Shown: one piece after another, positions 20,355 through 29,399 of the stretch | Layout of the letters: each line of letters begins with the position of its first letter | How positions within the stretch are numbered: position 1 is the first letter of the stretch | DNA from: a virus | DNA length: 64,000 nt | Direction: 5' to 3' (one strand) | IMG/VR virus record: IMGVR_UViG_3300045988_119396 | The notes under the pieces: generated by a model | What the model saw: only the letters and a program-made list of their open reading frames with translations | What the model was told of the DNA's origin: nothing | Databases searched by the model: none | Made by a program: the position numbers and the translations under genes

Positions 20355-20933
20355 TTACTCTTTTTCTTGCAGATTTTTCTTAATTTTGTCGCATACTCTA
20401 GTCAGCTTATTACTTACTGCCTGTGATGATACATTTAATTCTTTTGAAATATCAGCGATTTTATCGTATTTTTTGAATAGGGAAACGAAATCTAAGTCTT
20501 TTTCACTAAGACTATCTTTCAACACATCTTCAAACCATTCAAATGCTGATAGTAGTTCTTTACTTGTAACCTTTTCAATTTTACCTATGTTCATTATGAT
20601 TTTTCTAATCTCCATTCTGTCAAGATTATCTGTGTTAAACAATCTATTCAGATAACCATTGATACTGGAATAATCATTCAATACGCTGTCCTCAATGGTT
20701 TGTTCATTCATCTTCCATTCAGTCAAGTCTGTATCAACAGCTGTGTTTTTACCCATTGCATATGAACTCTTATAATGTTTTTCATTGCGGTAAAATGTAT
20801 CTTCAATTTTTCTACCCGAGTCAATGTCTTTACTTTCCAAAAGGTAGTTGGCTACATCATCTAAGAAGTTCCCAAAACTTGTGTTAGATATATTTTCTCC
20901 ACCTTTAATTTTATTAGTTACCACTTTATTCAA
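20355..20933 (-). CDS. putative late-gene transcriptional regulator with sigma-70 region-4-like HTH (ArpU/RinA-like)
   Basis: C-terminal IADISKELNVSSQAVSNKLTRVCDKIKKNL resembles a sigma region 4 HTH. Located just upstream of the packaging genes, as ArpU-type activators are. Confidence 0.35.
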   Translation of the reverse strand: MNKVVTNKIKGGENISNTSFGNFLDDVANYLLESKDIDSGRKIEDTFYRNEKHYKSSYAMGKNTAVDTDLTEWKMNEQTIEDSVLNDYSSINGYLNRLFNTDNLDRMEIRKIIMNIGKIEKVTSKELLSAFEWFEDVLKDSLSEKDLDFVSLFKKYDKIADISKELNVSSQAVSNKLTRVCDKIKKNLQEKE

Positions 20934-21372
20934 TTTATTTACATCAAATGTATCTTCTATGTACTTAGCTTTATCAGCGTAAGACTTTAAATCATTATCA
21001 AACTTAAAAATACTAGGAACTACCCACCTTATTATTTATTCAGACCAACAAAAAAGGACACACTACCGCTATTAGTAATGTGTCCTTACTCATTTAATAT
21101 CATTATTATATCATTGTATCTGAATAAAGTCAATATATATTCATGATTTCGATATGAAGTTTTAGTGTTTTTGTTGAAATTTCACAAATAATTCCCAATA
21201 TAATATATAATAAATTATTTGTGAAATTCAAATCACCGTTTAATTTACGTTTTTATACACTTTAACATATTTGCTTGTAAATTATACTTGAAACTATTTA
21301 AAACGCCTTAGGAATGATTCTAGAGCCATTGTCGAATGTATTATATTGTTTATACCCTAGACTTTTAGATTG

Positions 21373-22371
21373 TCATCTTGGTTGCACACTATCTGACATT
21401 TTCTGACAATACTCGTTTGTTATGATATTCTTTGGATTTTTGTTGGGATAGAACCTTAAAGCGTCTACCTCATTTAGCTTTGCATATTGATTATATTCTG
21501 AATAGATATAAGACTCATAGAAGTGTTTAAGCCCATCTATATTCCTTAACGCTGTATAGAATACAACCTCCTCATACCTTTGTGTAGAAACATGCTGGTA
21601 GTCATAGATATGAATAGTGGCTATGAGTCTGTTCTCCTCGAGCCAAGCAAGAGCTTTATTTATCTTTTGATTTGAATATTCCGTAATATTCTTATCGTCA
21701 TCTGGTTTGTTTGGTGGGATTGATTTGATAGTTGTGATTGTGGCAGCTGATAATGAACGAATTGAACGTGGTGCAATAACAATACCGTTTGTACTGCCAT
21801 TGAATTTCTTAGTATTTTCAGAATAGTTGGTGGAAATCATTAACATGTAAGTGCCTAGAGCCTCAATATATTTATTGTGTCTAGTCTTTCTCATAATCAT
21901 TGTAGCTGTTATTCTTTCCATATCTATGTGAGCGATATAGGCATATCTTTCTTCAACAAATGGAATTTTAACCTTATTTGATATGAATTGGATTAGACCT
22001 TCTTTTTCCAAGTTGTCAATACTGTTATCTATTTTGGTGGATATTCTTAAATCAGAAGGTGATTTTCTAAATACATGCTTTAGTCGTGTTGCTAAATCTT
22101 TTTTAGTTGTTATATCAATCCAGTTAGTATTCATACTGGTTCTATTAACGATACTATTGATTAAGACATAAACCCCTAAGTCAAATAGGGTTATGTCATA
22201 ATCACTGTATTGTAATTTAGGTACTTTAAAGTAACTACCTTTACCTTCATAACTCTCTTCAAAATTTAAATTGTCGAAGAGAGTTTTATATTTATTCTCT
22301 ACTAACTGAGTAGAGTACTCCTTATACCATGGAGTATTAGGAGTAATAGTATTATATATATTATTATTCAT
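21373..22371 (-). CDS. RepA_N-like replication-initiator paralog
   Basis: YFKVPKLQYSDYDITLFDLGVYVLINS ... NLEKEGLIQF matches the RepA_N architecture (YFkvP.flf.d..Ls..akllY...l ... LeE.GLI). Own promoter TTGACT-17-TATAAT plus a conserved upstream element at 21127-21180. Confidence 0.4.
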   Translation of the reverse strand: MNNNIYNTITPNTPWYKEYSTQLVENKYKTLFDNLNFEESYEGKGSYFKVPKLQYSDYDITLFDLGVYVLINSIVNRTSMNTNWIDITTKKDLATRLKHVFRKSPSDLRISTKIDNSIDNLEKEGLIQFISNKVKIPFVEERYAYIAHIDMERITATMIMRKTRHNKYIEALGTYMLMISTNYSENTKKFNGSTNGIVIAPRSIRSLSAATITTIKSIPPNKPDDDKNITEYSNQKINKALAWLEENRLIATIHIYDYQHVSTQRYEEVVFYTALRNIDGLKHFYESYIYSEYNQYAKLNEVDALRFYPNKNPKNIITNEYCQKMSDSVQPR

Positions 22372-22628
22372 ATAGTGTAGCTACCCTCTCTCTTAATCTA
22401 ATAATAGTAACCTTTAGGTTCTTATATCTAATATTTATTCTATTACTTTATCTATCGGCTTTAAAAACCCAGTATTTTCAACGGTTCTAGCGATTTTACG
22501 CTATAAAGATGTGCAATTTTTCGGACATTTCACTATAACATAGCGAGTGAAATAAAATAAATGTATCTTTTATTTCCTACAAAATTTTCAAAAATTAAAA
22601 ACATGCCCCTATATTGAACCAAGCATTT

Positions 22629-23546
22629 TTAATACAAATGTCGGATTACAGTTTTGAGTTGTCCAAAATTTCTTGGGAAGGTATATATGACAAATTTAAT
22701 CCCATTCTCTCGAATTGATGTCGATACAATTACACCTAATTCCTCCAAGATGTCCATATATTCTTGAATGCCTTTCTTTCTAACACTACCTGTTAGTTTC
22801 AAACCAAATGTAAAGTCAATTCTGTTAGCATATCTTGTACTTGCCATCGTTGACACCGTAACAATACCGTTTTTTAGAGGAATTTCACTCTTATCGGTCT
22901 TTTCATTGTATTCTTTGTAAAAGGTTAGGCAAGCCACAGCATAAACCCCTAGCAACTCTAAGAACTCTTTAACACCGAATTTTCTGCCACCATTTTTGAT
23001 ATTAGTTAACAAAGTGTGCATATCAAAGTTGGGAAACCTAAAAAAGCCTTCTCTGCTATTGAGTTGGTCGTTTTTAAACGGGATAGTTATATCTTCATAA
23101 AACGTAGTTCTGGCAGTTTGTCTAATATTGCATTTAATTAAACCGAGTTTTTCAAGTCTATAAAATGACTCTTTGACACGATTTGAACTGCTAGAGTCAG
23201 TTCTAGTCTTGTTTAATAGCTCTTTAATTAACATTTTGATATGCTCACTGTTTAATATTGCAATCTTAGCACCATCTTTGGGTGAAATGTCTTCTGCCAT
23301 GAAGTTTAAGAGTAAATATAACCCAACATCAGCCATTTTTAGAATAACTCCATCTTCGCCTATTGGTGTTCTATCTGCGTCTAAGATAAAACGATACAAT
23401 CTAAAGAACGCATGCTTTGTGTATTTTGTACGCAAGCCACCCTCTTCACCAACACGATATTTACTTTCGAGAGCTTTGATTTTTTTATCTGCCCTAGACA
23501 AGTTTTTATTTTCCAAATACATACCTACTTTCAATAAAATTCTCAA
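22629..23546 (-). CDS. RepA_N-like replication-initiator paralog
   Basis: FFRLYRFILDADRTPIGEDGVILKMADVGLYLLLN ... FYRLEKLGLIKC parallels the neighbouring RepA_N genes. Promoter TTGACT-16-TACAAT plus the conserved upstream element at 23672-23720. Confidence 0.4.
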   Translation of the reverse strand: MRILLKVGMYLENKNLSRADKKIKALESKYRVGEEGGLRTKYTKHAFFRLYRFILDADRTPIGEDGVILKMADVGLYLLLNFMAEDISPKDGAKIAILNSEHIKMLIKELLNKTRTDSSSSNRVKESFYRLEKLGLIKCNIRQTARTTFYEDITIPFKNDQLNSREGFFRFPNFDMHTLLTNIKNGGRKFGVKEFLELLGVYAVACLTFYKEYNEKTDKSEIPLKNGIVTVSTMASTRYANRIDFTFGLKLTGSVRKKGIQEYMDILEELGVIVSTSIRENGIKFVIYTFPRNFGQLKTVIRHLY

Positions 23547-23723
23547 TATTTAGGTGTAAAACATCAATTTTAATGTATAAAAAATTGACACTTTTGAAAA
23601 TTTATGTAGGAAAAAAGTCCTACTTTTATTTTTACACGTAAACATTTATTATAACTAAATTGTATCAAATTTTAGAGCGAAGTCAATATATATTCATGTT
23701 TTTGGTATAAAGTTTTATGTTTT

Positions 23724-24755
23724 TTAAGCTACAAATGCTGCTGGCGTTCTAAAATTCATGAGCATATTCAATTCGATTTCGTCATCATCAACAAGTTCGT
23801 AATTGTCTTTGATATAGTTTTTTACAGCACTAGCCATGAAGTTACGAATGTAAACATAAATAAAGCTGCTGGCATTTCTGATAGTTTCTTTGCCACGATA
23901 TACATGTTCAGCGATTTGTAATAATGCAGATTCCAACCCTTTAGACAATAATTCGTTAGTTTCAAAACGTGTAGCCTCCTTGCTTGCTGGTGAATATAAC
24001 CATGTATCACTAGATAGTAACTTGCTTTCAACTTGACTCTTTGCTTTGAAGATAGTGTCTACAAACCACTTAGCTTTACTGTAACTACCTTGTGATAGTG
24101 TCTTAATACGTCCAAATGTAGACTTAGTTAGTACTGGAGCTACCTTATCTTCCAATGATTTAATTGCCATATCGTCTAAATCTTGTTCAGTGGGTTGAGA
24201 AACAGGGTTAACACCAGAATTTTGTGCGGGAGTGTCTGTTTCATTTGTTTCTCTTGTAATATTATTTGTATTTCTCTCTAGGTATTTCTCACTTGTAGGA
24301 ACATTTTTCACGCTCGTGCATGAAATATTTTCACTCACGATTGTATCAACGATTTCAGCCAATTCTTTTTGAGTATCATTTACTTCGACTATTTCTTTAT
24401 TAGCTGCCACTGTTGCTTGTGGTTCATGTACATAAATCTTGTAGTGTCGTAGACCATATCTCTTAACAGTAATTAGACCATACTTCACCAATTCTTTACG
24501 TAAGCTAGATACAGTTCTAGCAGTTGTACGAACTTTTTTAGCAGCCTCTTCATTTGTGAAGAAGATAAATGGTGTTCCATCTGGGTCAACAAACTTACTA
24601 TTTCCATTTTGTGCATTATTAATAGAGCAAGACAATCTTCTTGCATAGAATGAATATAGTAATATTGCTAAACCATTTAATTCCTTGTATCTTTCATCTT
24701 CAACTAATACATCTGATACCATTGAGAATGTATCTTTTCTTTTCAATTCCATCAT
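23724..24755 (-). CDS. plasmid-type replication initiator, RepA_N family
   Basis: N-terminal LAILLYSFYARRLSCSINNAQNGNSKFVDPDGTPFIFFTNEEAAKKVRTTARTVSSLRKELVKYGLITVKRYGLRHYKIYV is a close match to the RepA_N pattern (akilYsll.drl..S..n.w.DenG.vYi.ft.eel.e.l..s..tv.k..keLe..gLI...r.g....iYv). Divergent from parA across a repeat-rich AT-rich region. Confidence 0.6.
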   Translation of the reverse strand: MMELKRKDTFSMVSDVLVEDERYKELNGLAILLYSFYARRLSCSINNAQNGNSKFVDPDGTPFIFFTNEEAAKKVRTTARTVSSLRKELVKYGLITVKRYGLRHYKIYVHEPQATVAANKEIVEVNDTQKELAEIVDTIVSENISCTSVKNVPTSEKYLERNTNNITRETNETDTPAQNSGVNPVSQPTEQDLDDMAIKSLEDKVAPVLTKSTFGRIKTLSQGSYSKAKWFVDTIFKAKSQVESKLLSSDTWLYSPASKEATRFETNELLSKGLESALLQIAEHVYRGKETIRNASSFIYVYIRNFMASAVKNYIKDNYELVDDDEIELNMLMNFRTPAAFVA

Positions 24756-25840
24756 AATTATTTACCTCTTTCAATGAATATTTTTATGATGAAAATCAAA
24801 AAACAATGTGCTATAATGTAGATAACGTATTTAAAAAACACGTTTTCAACTAATATTGTTATTTTTGAAGTTCATCATTTTAATGACTTTTAGTAACGAT
24901 ATTTTTATTTAGCTTATCGTTCGCCAAAACGTAAGCTATTCAATTTAATAGATTTATTTAATTTGTTTACAAACCGTAGTTCGCCAAAACTGACGGTTAT
25001 TTTTTTGTCTAAATTTTATATCAATTTATTTTAATGTACACCCACGTAGTTATCTTAGAGGTACTTACGTGGGTTATTTTATTAGCATAATATATCTTAC
25101 CAGGAAAATGAAGATATGTTAAGTTTTTCCTGGTTTTAAATCGTTTTGAGCACTTTACATGAAGTCTGGCTAACTCACTCATGTACTTTCAAAGTTGCTC
25201 ACGTGTGACTATATGAAGCCTGGTAGAGTTATGTGGTGTGAGATATGTAACCGCCCTACCCTACTTCTATATGTTCAATATAGCACAAAAGAAAACGGAA
25301 TAAAAGAAGTTTCTTGTAATATGCTATTTAATCATAATGATGTTATTTATTATTATTAATATAATAGTATTAACATCATATAAATGCTATATAAGTTATA
25401 TATATAAAGATTATTATTAATATAATCATCATTAATGAATATTAACCATATTAATCTTTAATAAGGTATATATCTTAACATCAATATTATTAATAATACT
25501 AAAAAGATATATATGATATAACAATCAATATTGATTAGTTTTGTAAAGTGTAAATACCTATACAATAGCAATAATAAACACTTCAAGATAAATATACATT
25601 GTTATTAATTCTATTAAGTATACTAAAAAGATATATTTATTCTTATTATTCTTTTTAGTATACTTTCATATTTATTATATATAGTATATATAAATATTAC
25701 AACACAGCGTCAATAATTGGCTATATTAAAAAGATATATTTCACCTAAAGATTAATTTTATTAATAAGATAAACAAATGTTGACCTTAATTTATTTTGGT
25801 GGTACTCTTAACACATAAAGAAAAACTGGAAGTGATTTTA
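24756..25840. promoter_or_regulatory. origin/centromere-like intergenic region (hairpins, direct repeats, parS-like iterons)
   Basis: GTTCGCCAAAAC x2 (24906, 24972). Hairpins ACCCACGTA..TTACGTGGGT (25041-25076) and ACCAGGAAAA..TTTTTCCTGGT (25100-25140). Motif AAAAAGATATAT at 25500, 25625 and 25730, with a fourth copy at ~27165 after parB. 14-bp inverted repeat AGTATACTAAAAAG/CTTTTTAGTATACT at 25612-25665. Confidence 0.45.
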
Positions 25841-26731
25841 ATGAAGTACGATAAAAAGGTTTTCGACAAATTAAAAGAACATATTAGTAAAAAGGGTGAA
25901 GCTATATCAATAGTTATTGGTAATCAAAAAGGTGGTGTTGGTAAGACAGCTAATTCAACTTTAATTTCTTATATATTAGCTGAGAATGGTATCAAAACAC
26001 TTGTAATCGACTTAGACCCACAGGGTGACGCAAGTAAGACAATGACCTTGACTGGTGTTAGGGCTGCAAGAGAAAGGAAAGCTCCAGAGTCAGAATATCC
26101 TGTAATGAGAAAAACTATCTTATTAGGGATTAAAGAAGGGGACTTAACTACGTTACCAATGAAGATAAAGGACAACCTTTACTTACTTCCTAGCTATGTT
26201 GATTTTGAAGGTTTCCCAAAACTACTATATAGAGAAACAAATAACGATAGAGAAGAAACACATTTCTTGAAGAAACTGCTAGACCCATTAAAAGCAGACT
26301 ACGAAGTTATCATTATTGACACTCCACCTCAAGTTAAAGCTGTGACAGACAATGCTATTGTATTTGCTGATTATGTAACTATTTCTTTGCAGACACAAAA
26401 AGACTCTTTAGAAGGTGCTGAAAATTACATAGATACATTAGCAGACCTAAAAGGTGAGTATGATTTACCAATTCAATTATTGGGAATTATCGCAGTATTG
26501 AATGATAAGTATAGTAGTGTTGATGAAGCTATGCTAGAACGTGTACGTGATGAAATATCAGAAAACATCTTATTGGACACAATCGTACCAAATATGGCTA
26601 GGGTCAAACGTTTCCCACTTCAAGGTATTGGGGAGTCTGATAGATACGACAAGAGTGTATTAGACGTTTATAGAGAAGTTGCTACTGACTTCTGCAGCAG
26701 AATATTAGAATTTGAAGAAGATGAAGATTAG
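25841..26731 (+). CDS. parA: ParA/Soj-family partition ATPase
   Basis: Deviant Walker A KGGVGKT (IVIGNQKGGVGKTANS). Walker A' LVIDLDPQGD. Walker B VIIIDTPP. ATG at 25841 with SD GGAAGTGA. The ORF track began at an upstream GTG. Confidence 0.8.
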   Translation: MKYDKKVFDKLKEHISKKGEAISIVIGNQKGGVGKTANSTLISYILAENGIKTLVIDLDPQGDASKTMTLTGVRAARERKAPESEYPVMRKTILLGIKEGDLTTLPMKIKDNLYLLPSYVDFEGFPKLLYRETNNDREETHFLKKLLDPLKADYEVIIIDTPPQVKAVTDNAIVFADYVTISLQTQKDSLEGAENYIDTLADLKGEYDLPIQLLGIIAVLNDKYSSVDEAMLERVRDEISENILLDTIVPNMARVKRFPLQGIGESDRYDKSVLDVYREVATDFCSRILEFEEDED

Positions 26732-26742
26732 AAGGTGAAATA

Positions 26743-27156
26743 ATGGCAAAAGGTGTAGAGGATATTCTTGGTGCAAAGGTTTCTGAAAAGAAGAAGAATA
26801 AAGGTGTAGATAAATTAAGAAAAGAAATGGACGCAAATAAGGATAGAATTAAGCCAGAAACAACTTATGATGTAGACCAAGATTACAAAGATGGAAACAA
26901 TGATAAGACTAAAAAGAGCTTAAAGCGTGCCAAGAAAACTATGGCTAAGGGTATTGTAAATCAAAAAATCAATATCAAAGTTAGCGAAGATATTAAATTA
27001 GACCTAGAAGTCTTTAAAATGATGAATGGGATTAAGTTTGATTATGAAGCTATTGCAAGGCTGCTTGATAGCTGGGCTGTTAGCATAGAGCCAGACCAAA
27101 GAATGTTGTATGACACTATGCGTAAGAATAACAGAAGAAATAGCGATAATGATTAA
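26743..27156 (+). CDS. putative ParB-like/centromere-binding partner of ParA (small, basic)
   Basis: 137 aa, 12 nt after parA, Lys-rich N-terminus. Shares the C-terminal motif LLDSW with the next two genes. Confidence 0.4.
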   Translation: MAKGVEDILGAKVSEKKKNKGVDKLRKEMDANKDRIKPETTYDVDQDYKDGNNDKTKKSLKRAKKTMAKGIVNQKINIKVSEDIKLDLEVFKMMNGIKFDYEAIARLLDSWAVSIEPDQRMLYDTMRKNNRRNSDND

Positions 27157-27258
27157 TATTAATAAAAAGATATATTTGATATTATATCAATTTTATTAAT
27201 AAAGTATTATTAGTATAATTATCATAAAGAATATTTTAGCATAAAATGAGGTGTTTAC

Positions 27259-27648
27259 ATGACTTGTAAGAATTGCGGTAATTTAAATCCAGAAGGCTCT
27301 AATTATTGTAATAACTGTGGTGCATTCCTTTACAATATCGACATTAACGAACTTATGAAACGACACGAAGATGAAGTTAAGAATGCTAACATCAAGAAAA
27401 GAATGATTAATAAAATGCGTATGGATATTAGGGATATGCCAAAAGTAAGCGAAAAGAGATATTCATCAGCAAGATTGAAGACAGGTACAAGAAGAGAGTT
27501 TGATGTCTATAAAAGAATAAAACATATCAATTTTGATAATGATGGTCTAGCTTCATTATTGGATAATTGGATTTACAATCCTGACACTCCAGTAAGTGAA
27601 GTTGATATGTTTGACAGATTTAATAGATTAGATTGCGAAGTACAATAA
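27259..27648 (+). CDS. Zn-ribbon protein (CxxC-x9-CxxC), paralog family with LLDNW motif
   Basis: MTCKNCGNLNPEGSNYCNNCG zinc ribbon at the N-terminus. C-terminal LASLLDNWIYNPD motif. Confidence 0.45.
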   Translation: MTCKNCGNLNPEGSNYCNNCGAFLYNIDINELMKRHEDEVKNANIKKRMINKMRMDIRDMPKVSEKRYSSARLKTGTRREFDVYKRIKHINFDNDGLASLLDNWIYNPDTPVSEVDMFDRFNRLDCEVQ

Positions 27649-27669
27649 AAGAATAGGTGAGTGTTTAAT

Positions 27670-27933
27670 ATGAAAATTTGTTATAATTGTAAAAAAGAAG
27701 TACCCGAAGATAGTATCTATTGCATGTATTGTGCAGCACCACTTAATGGTGAAGAAGTAACTAAGCAAATAAAAGAACAATTAGATGGTTTTAAGCGTGT
27801 GACAGGCGATAAGACAGATAATGAAGCTGTAAAACATCTATTGAGTTACTGGTACGATAACTTAAACGATGAAAAGAAGGAAAAATACGACAAAATAGAA
27901 CGTGAAGACAAGCAACAAGAGCTATCTAACTAA
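27670..27933 (+). CDS. Zn-ribbon protein (CxxC-x10-CxxC), paralog family with LLSYW motif
   Basis: MKICYNCKKEVPEDSIYCMYCAAP. C-terminal VKHLLSYWYDNLN. ATG at 27670 after SD GGTGAG. Confidence 0.45.
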   Translation: MKICYNCKKEVPEDSIYCMYCAAPLNGEEVTKQIKEQLDGFKRVTGDKTDNEAVKHLLSYWYDNLNDEKKEKYDKIEREDKQQELSN

Positions 27934-28088
27934 TCTAAATAGTGTTATAATAAAAGACGATACAGAGGCTTTATCCTTTTGCCCATCTGTATCACCAATA
28001 TGATATTTTTCCGATTAACCCTTTTGCCTATAGGGGTGTCTTAAGATACTAGCAACATTCCATATAACTTGTTGCTAAATTGAGTTTT

Positions 28089-28124
28089 AGACCGTTGTAT
28101 CCTTCTGCAACGGTCTTTTTATTT
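28089..28124 (+). terminator. rho-independent terminator ending the par operon
   Basis: AGACCGTTG-tatccttctg-CAACGGTCT followed by TTTTTATTT. Confidence 0.6.
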
Positions 28125-28379
28125 AGGTAGACTTCTGTGATTTTTGTCATTTATATTTACATATTTTTATGATAGAATACTAGAAATAGAAAGCCTTTGA
28201 GTATTGAATACACAATGAATGGGAGTCTTGTGTGCGATATAGGGTTATTTTAGACCATTACATTAACTTGTAGTGGTCTTTTCTTTTGTCTTAATTAAGG
28301 ATGTATTATCATAGTCGTATCATAAACTACCCTATAATAAGCTACATTATAGATTTACATACGGTGTTTTAACGTATGA

Positions 28380-29330
28380 TAAGGTAGTATTTGTCATGTA
28401 GGTCTTAAAAACCATACAAATAAGGTTTATTTAGCATTTGTAGGTATTTTATTTTTAGAATTTCGTTTTGAAAACTCAATGTAAGCGTGATAATAAGGGG
28501 CTAATATGATAACTTCTGGAATGAGTGATTTTAGGGGTAAAAACATAAGGTTTACAACCTTGTAAAGCTAGATGTAGATGTGTCGCTTATTAAGGTTCAT
28601 TTTAGAGCTACGAATATAAAATCTGAATAAAAACTAGGTAATAAGTTAATAAAGATAGGATAAATTTATAGTAAAGTTTGGAGAAAAGAAAATTGGGGTG
28701 AGTGAAAAATTCACTGTTTACATGGGCATATTAAGGTAGGTTTTTTGGAAGAATGAAAGAACAATCGAAACTTTTCATTTTTGCACCAGTAGAATGGCTG
28801 CAAGTATATTGTTACAAGGGTGTGACTCACAGGAACTTTTGTCAATGATTTATAGACAAAACTTGATGTGTCTTAGTGCGTATTTTGAGTGGTTTTTGAG
28901 CATGTTTGGAGAGAGCTAAAAGGGGCAAAATCTGTGAAAATGCAAAATATGTGATAAAAGCAGTGGTGATTTGCAGCTGGGAATTGTGAAGATTTTGTGA
29001 AGATTATAATTGGAGTGATTGTGATAGGTGGAATTAATTTTGTGGAATTATAAGATTATTGTTATGTAGTGAGTTAGATTTAGTGTATGGGTATTATAGG
29101 AGTGTAGGGGAGAGAATGAGTGAATTGGAGCTTATTATGGTCGTTAGAGTAGGATATGGCAGTAGGGGAGGGTGAAATAGCGTAGAATAGGGCATAGCAA
29201 GGGGTATTTTGGGTGATATTAGGGTGGAATGGGGAGTGAAATTGGGGTGTGTGGGGTGAGCTACTGTTTCTGAAAGGTTTTGAAAAATTTAAAAGATTTG
29301 AGACAATGTAGGGGGCTTCCAGATGCAAAA
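28380..29330. other. C-depleted (G/T/A-only) noncoding segment with G-tract runs
   Basis: Almost no C on the plus strand, e.g. 28900-29290. Many G3-4 runs (TAGGGGAGGGTG, TGGGGAGTG, GGGGTGTGTGGGGTGAG). No credible ORF on either strand. Confidence 0.6.
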
Positions 29331-29399
29331 TAATTCTAGTTATTTTTTGAAATCTAAAAAAGTATATATTTTGTACCTTGAAAAAGATTAAAAATGAAA

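Noticed and set aside
24756-25795. Possible integrase attP with tRNA fragment in the RepA-ParA intergenic region
   Set aside because: No tRNA 3'-end-like sequence was found there. The repeats are better explained as origin/centromere elements.
29080-29328. 82-aa ORF on minus strand
   Set aside because: Pro/Ser/Thr/His low-complexity translation produced by the C-free strand bias. No SD, no context.
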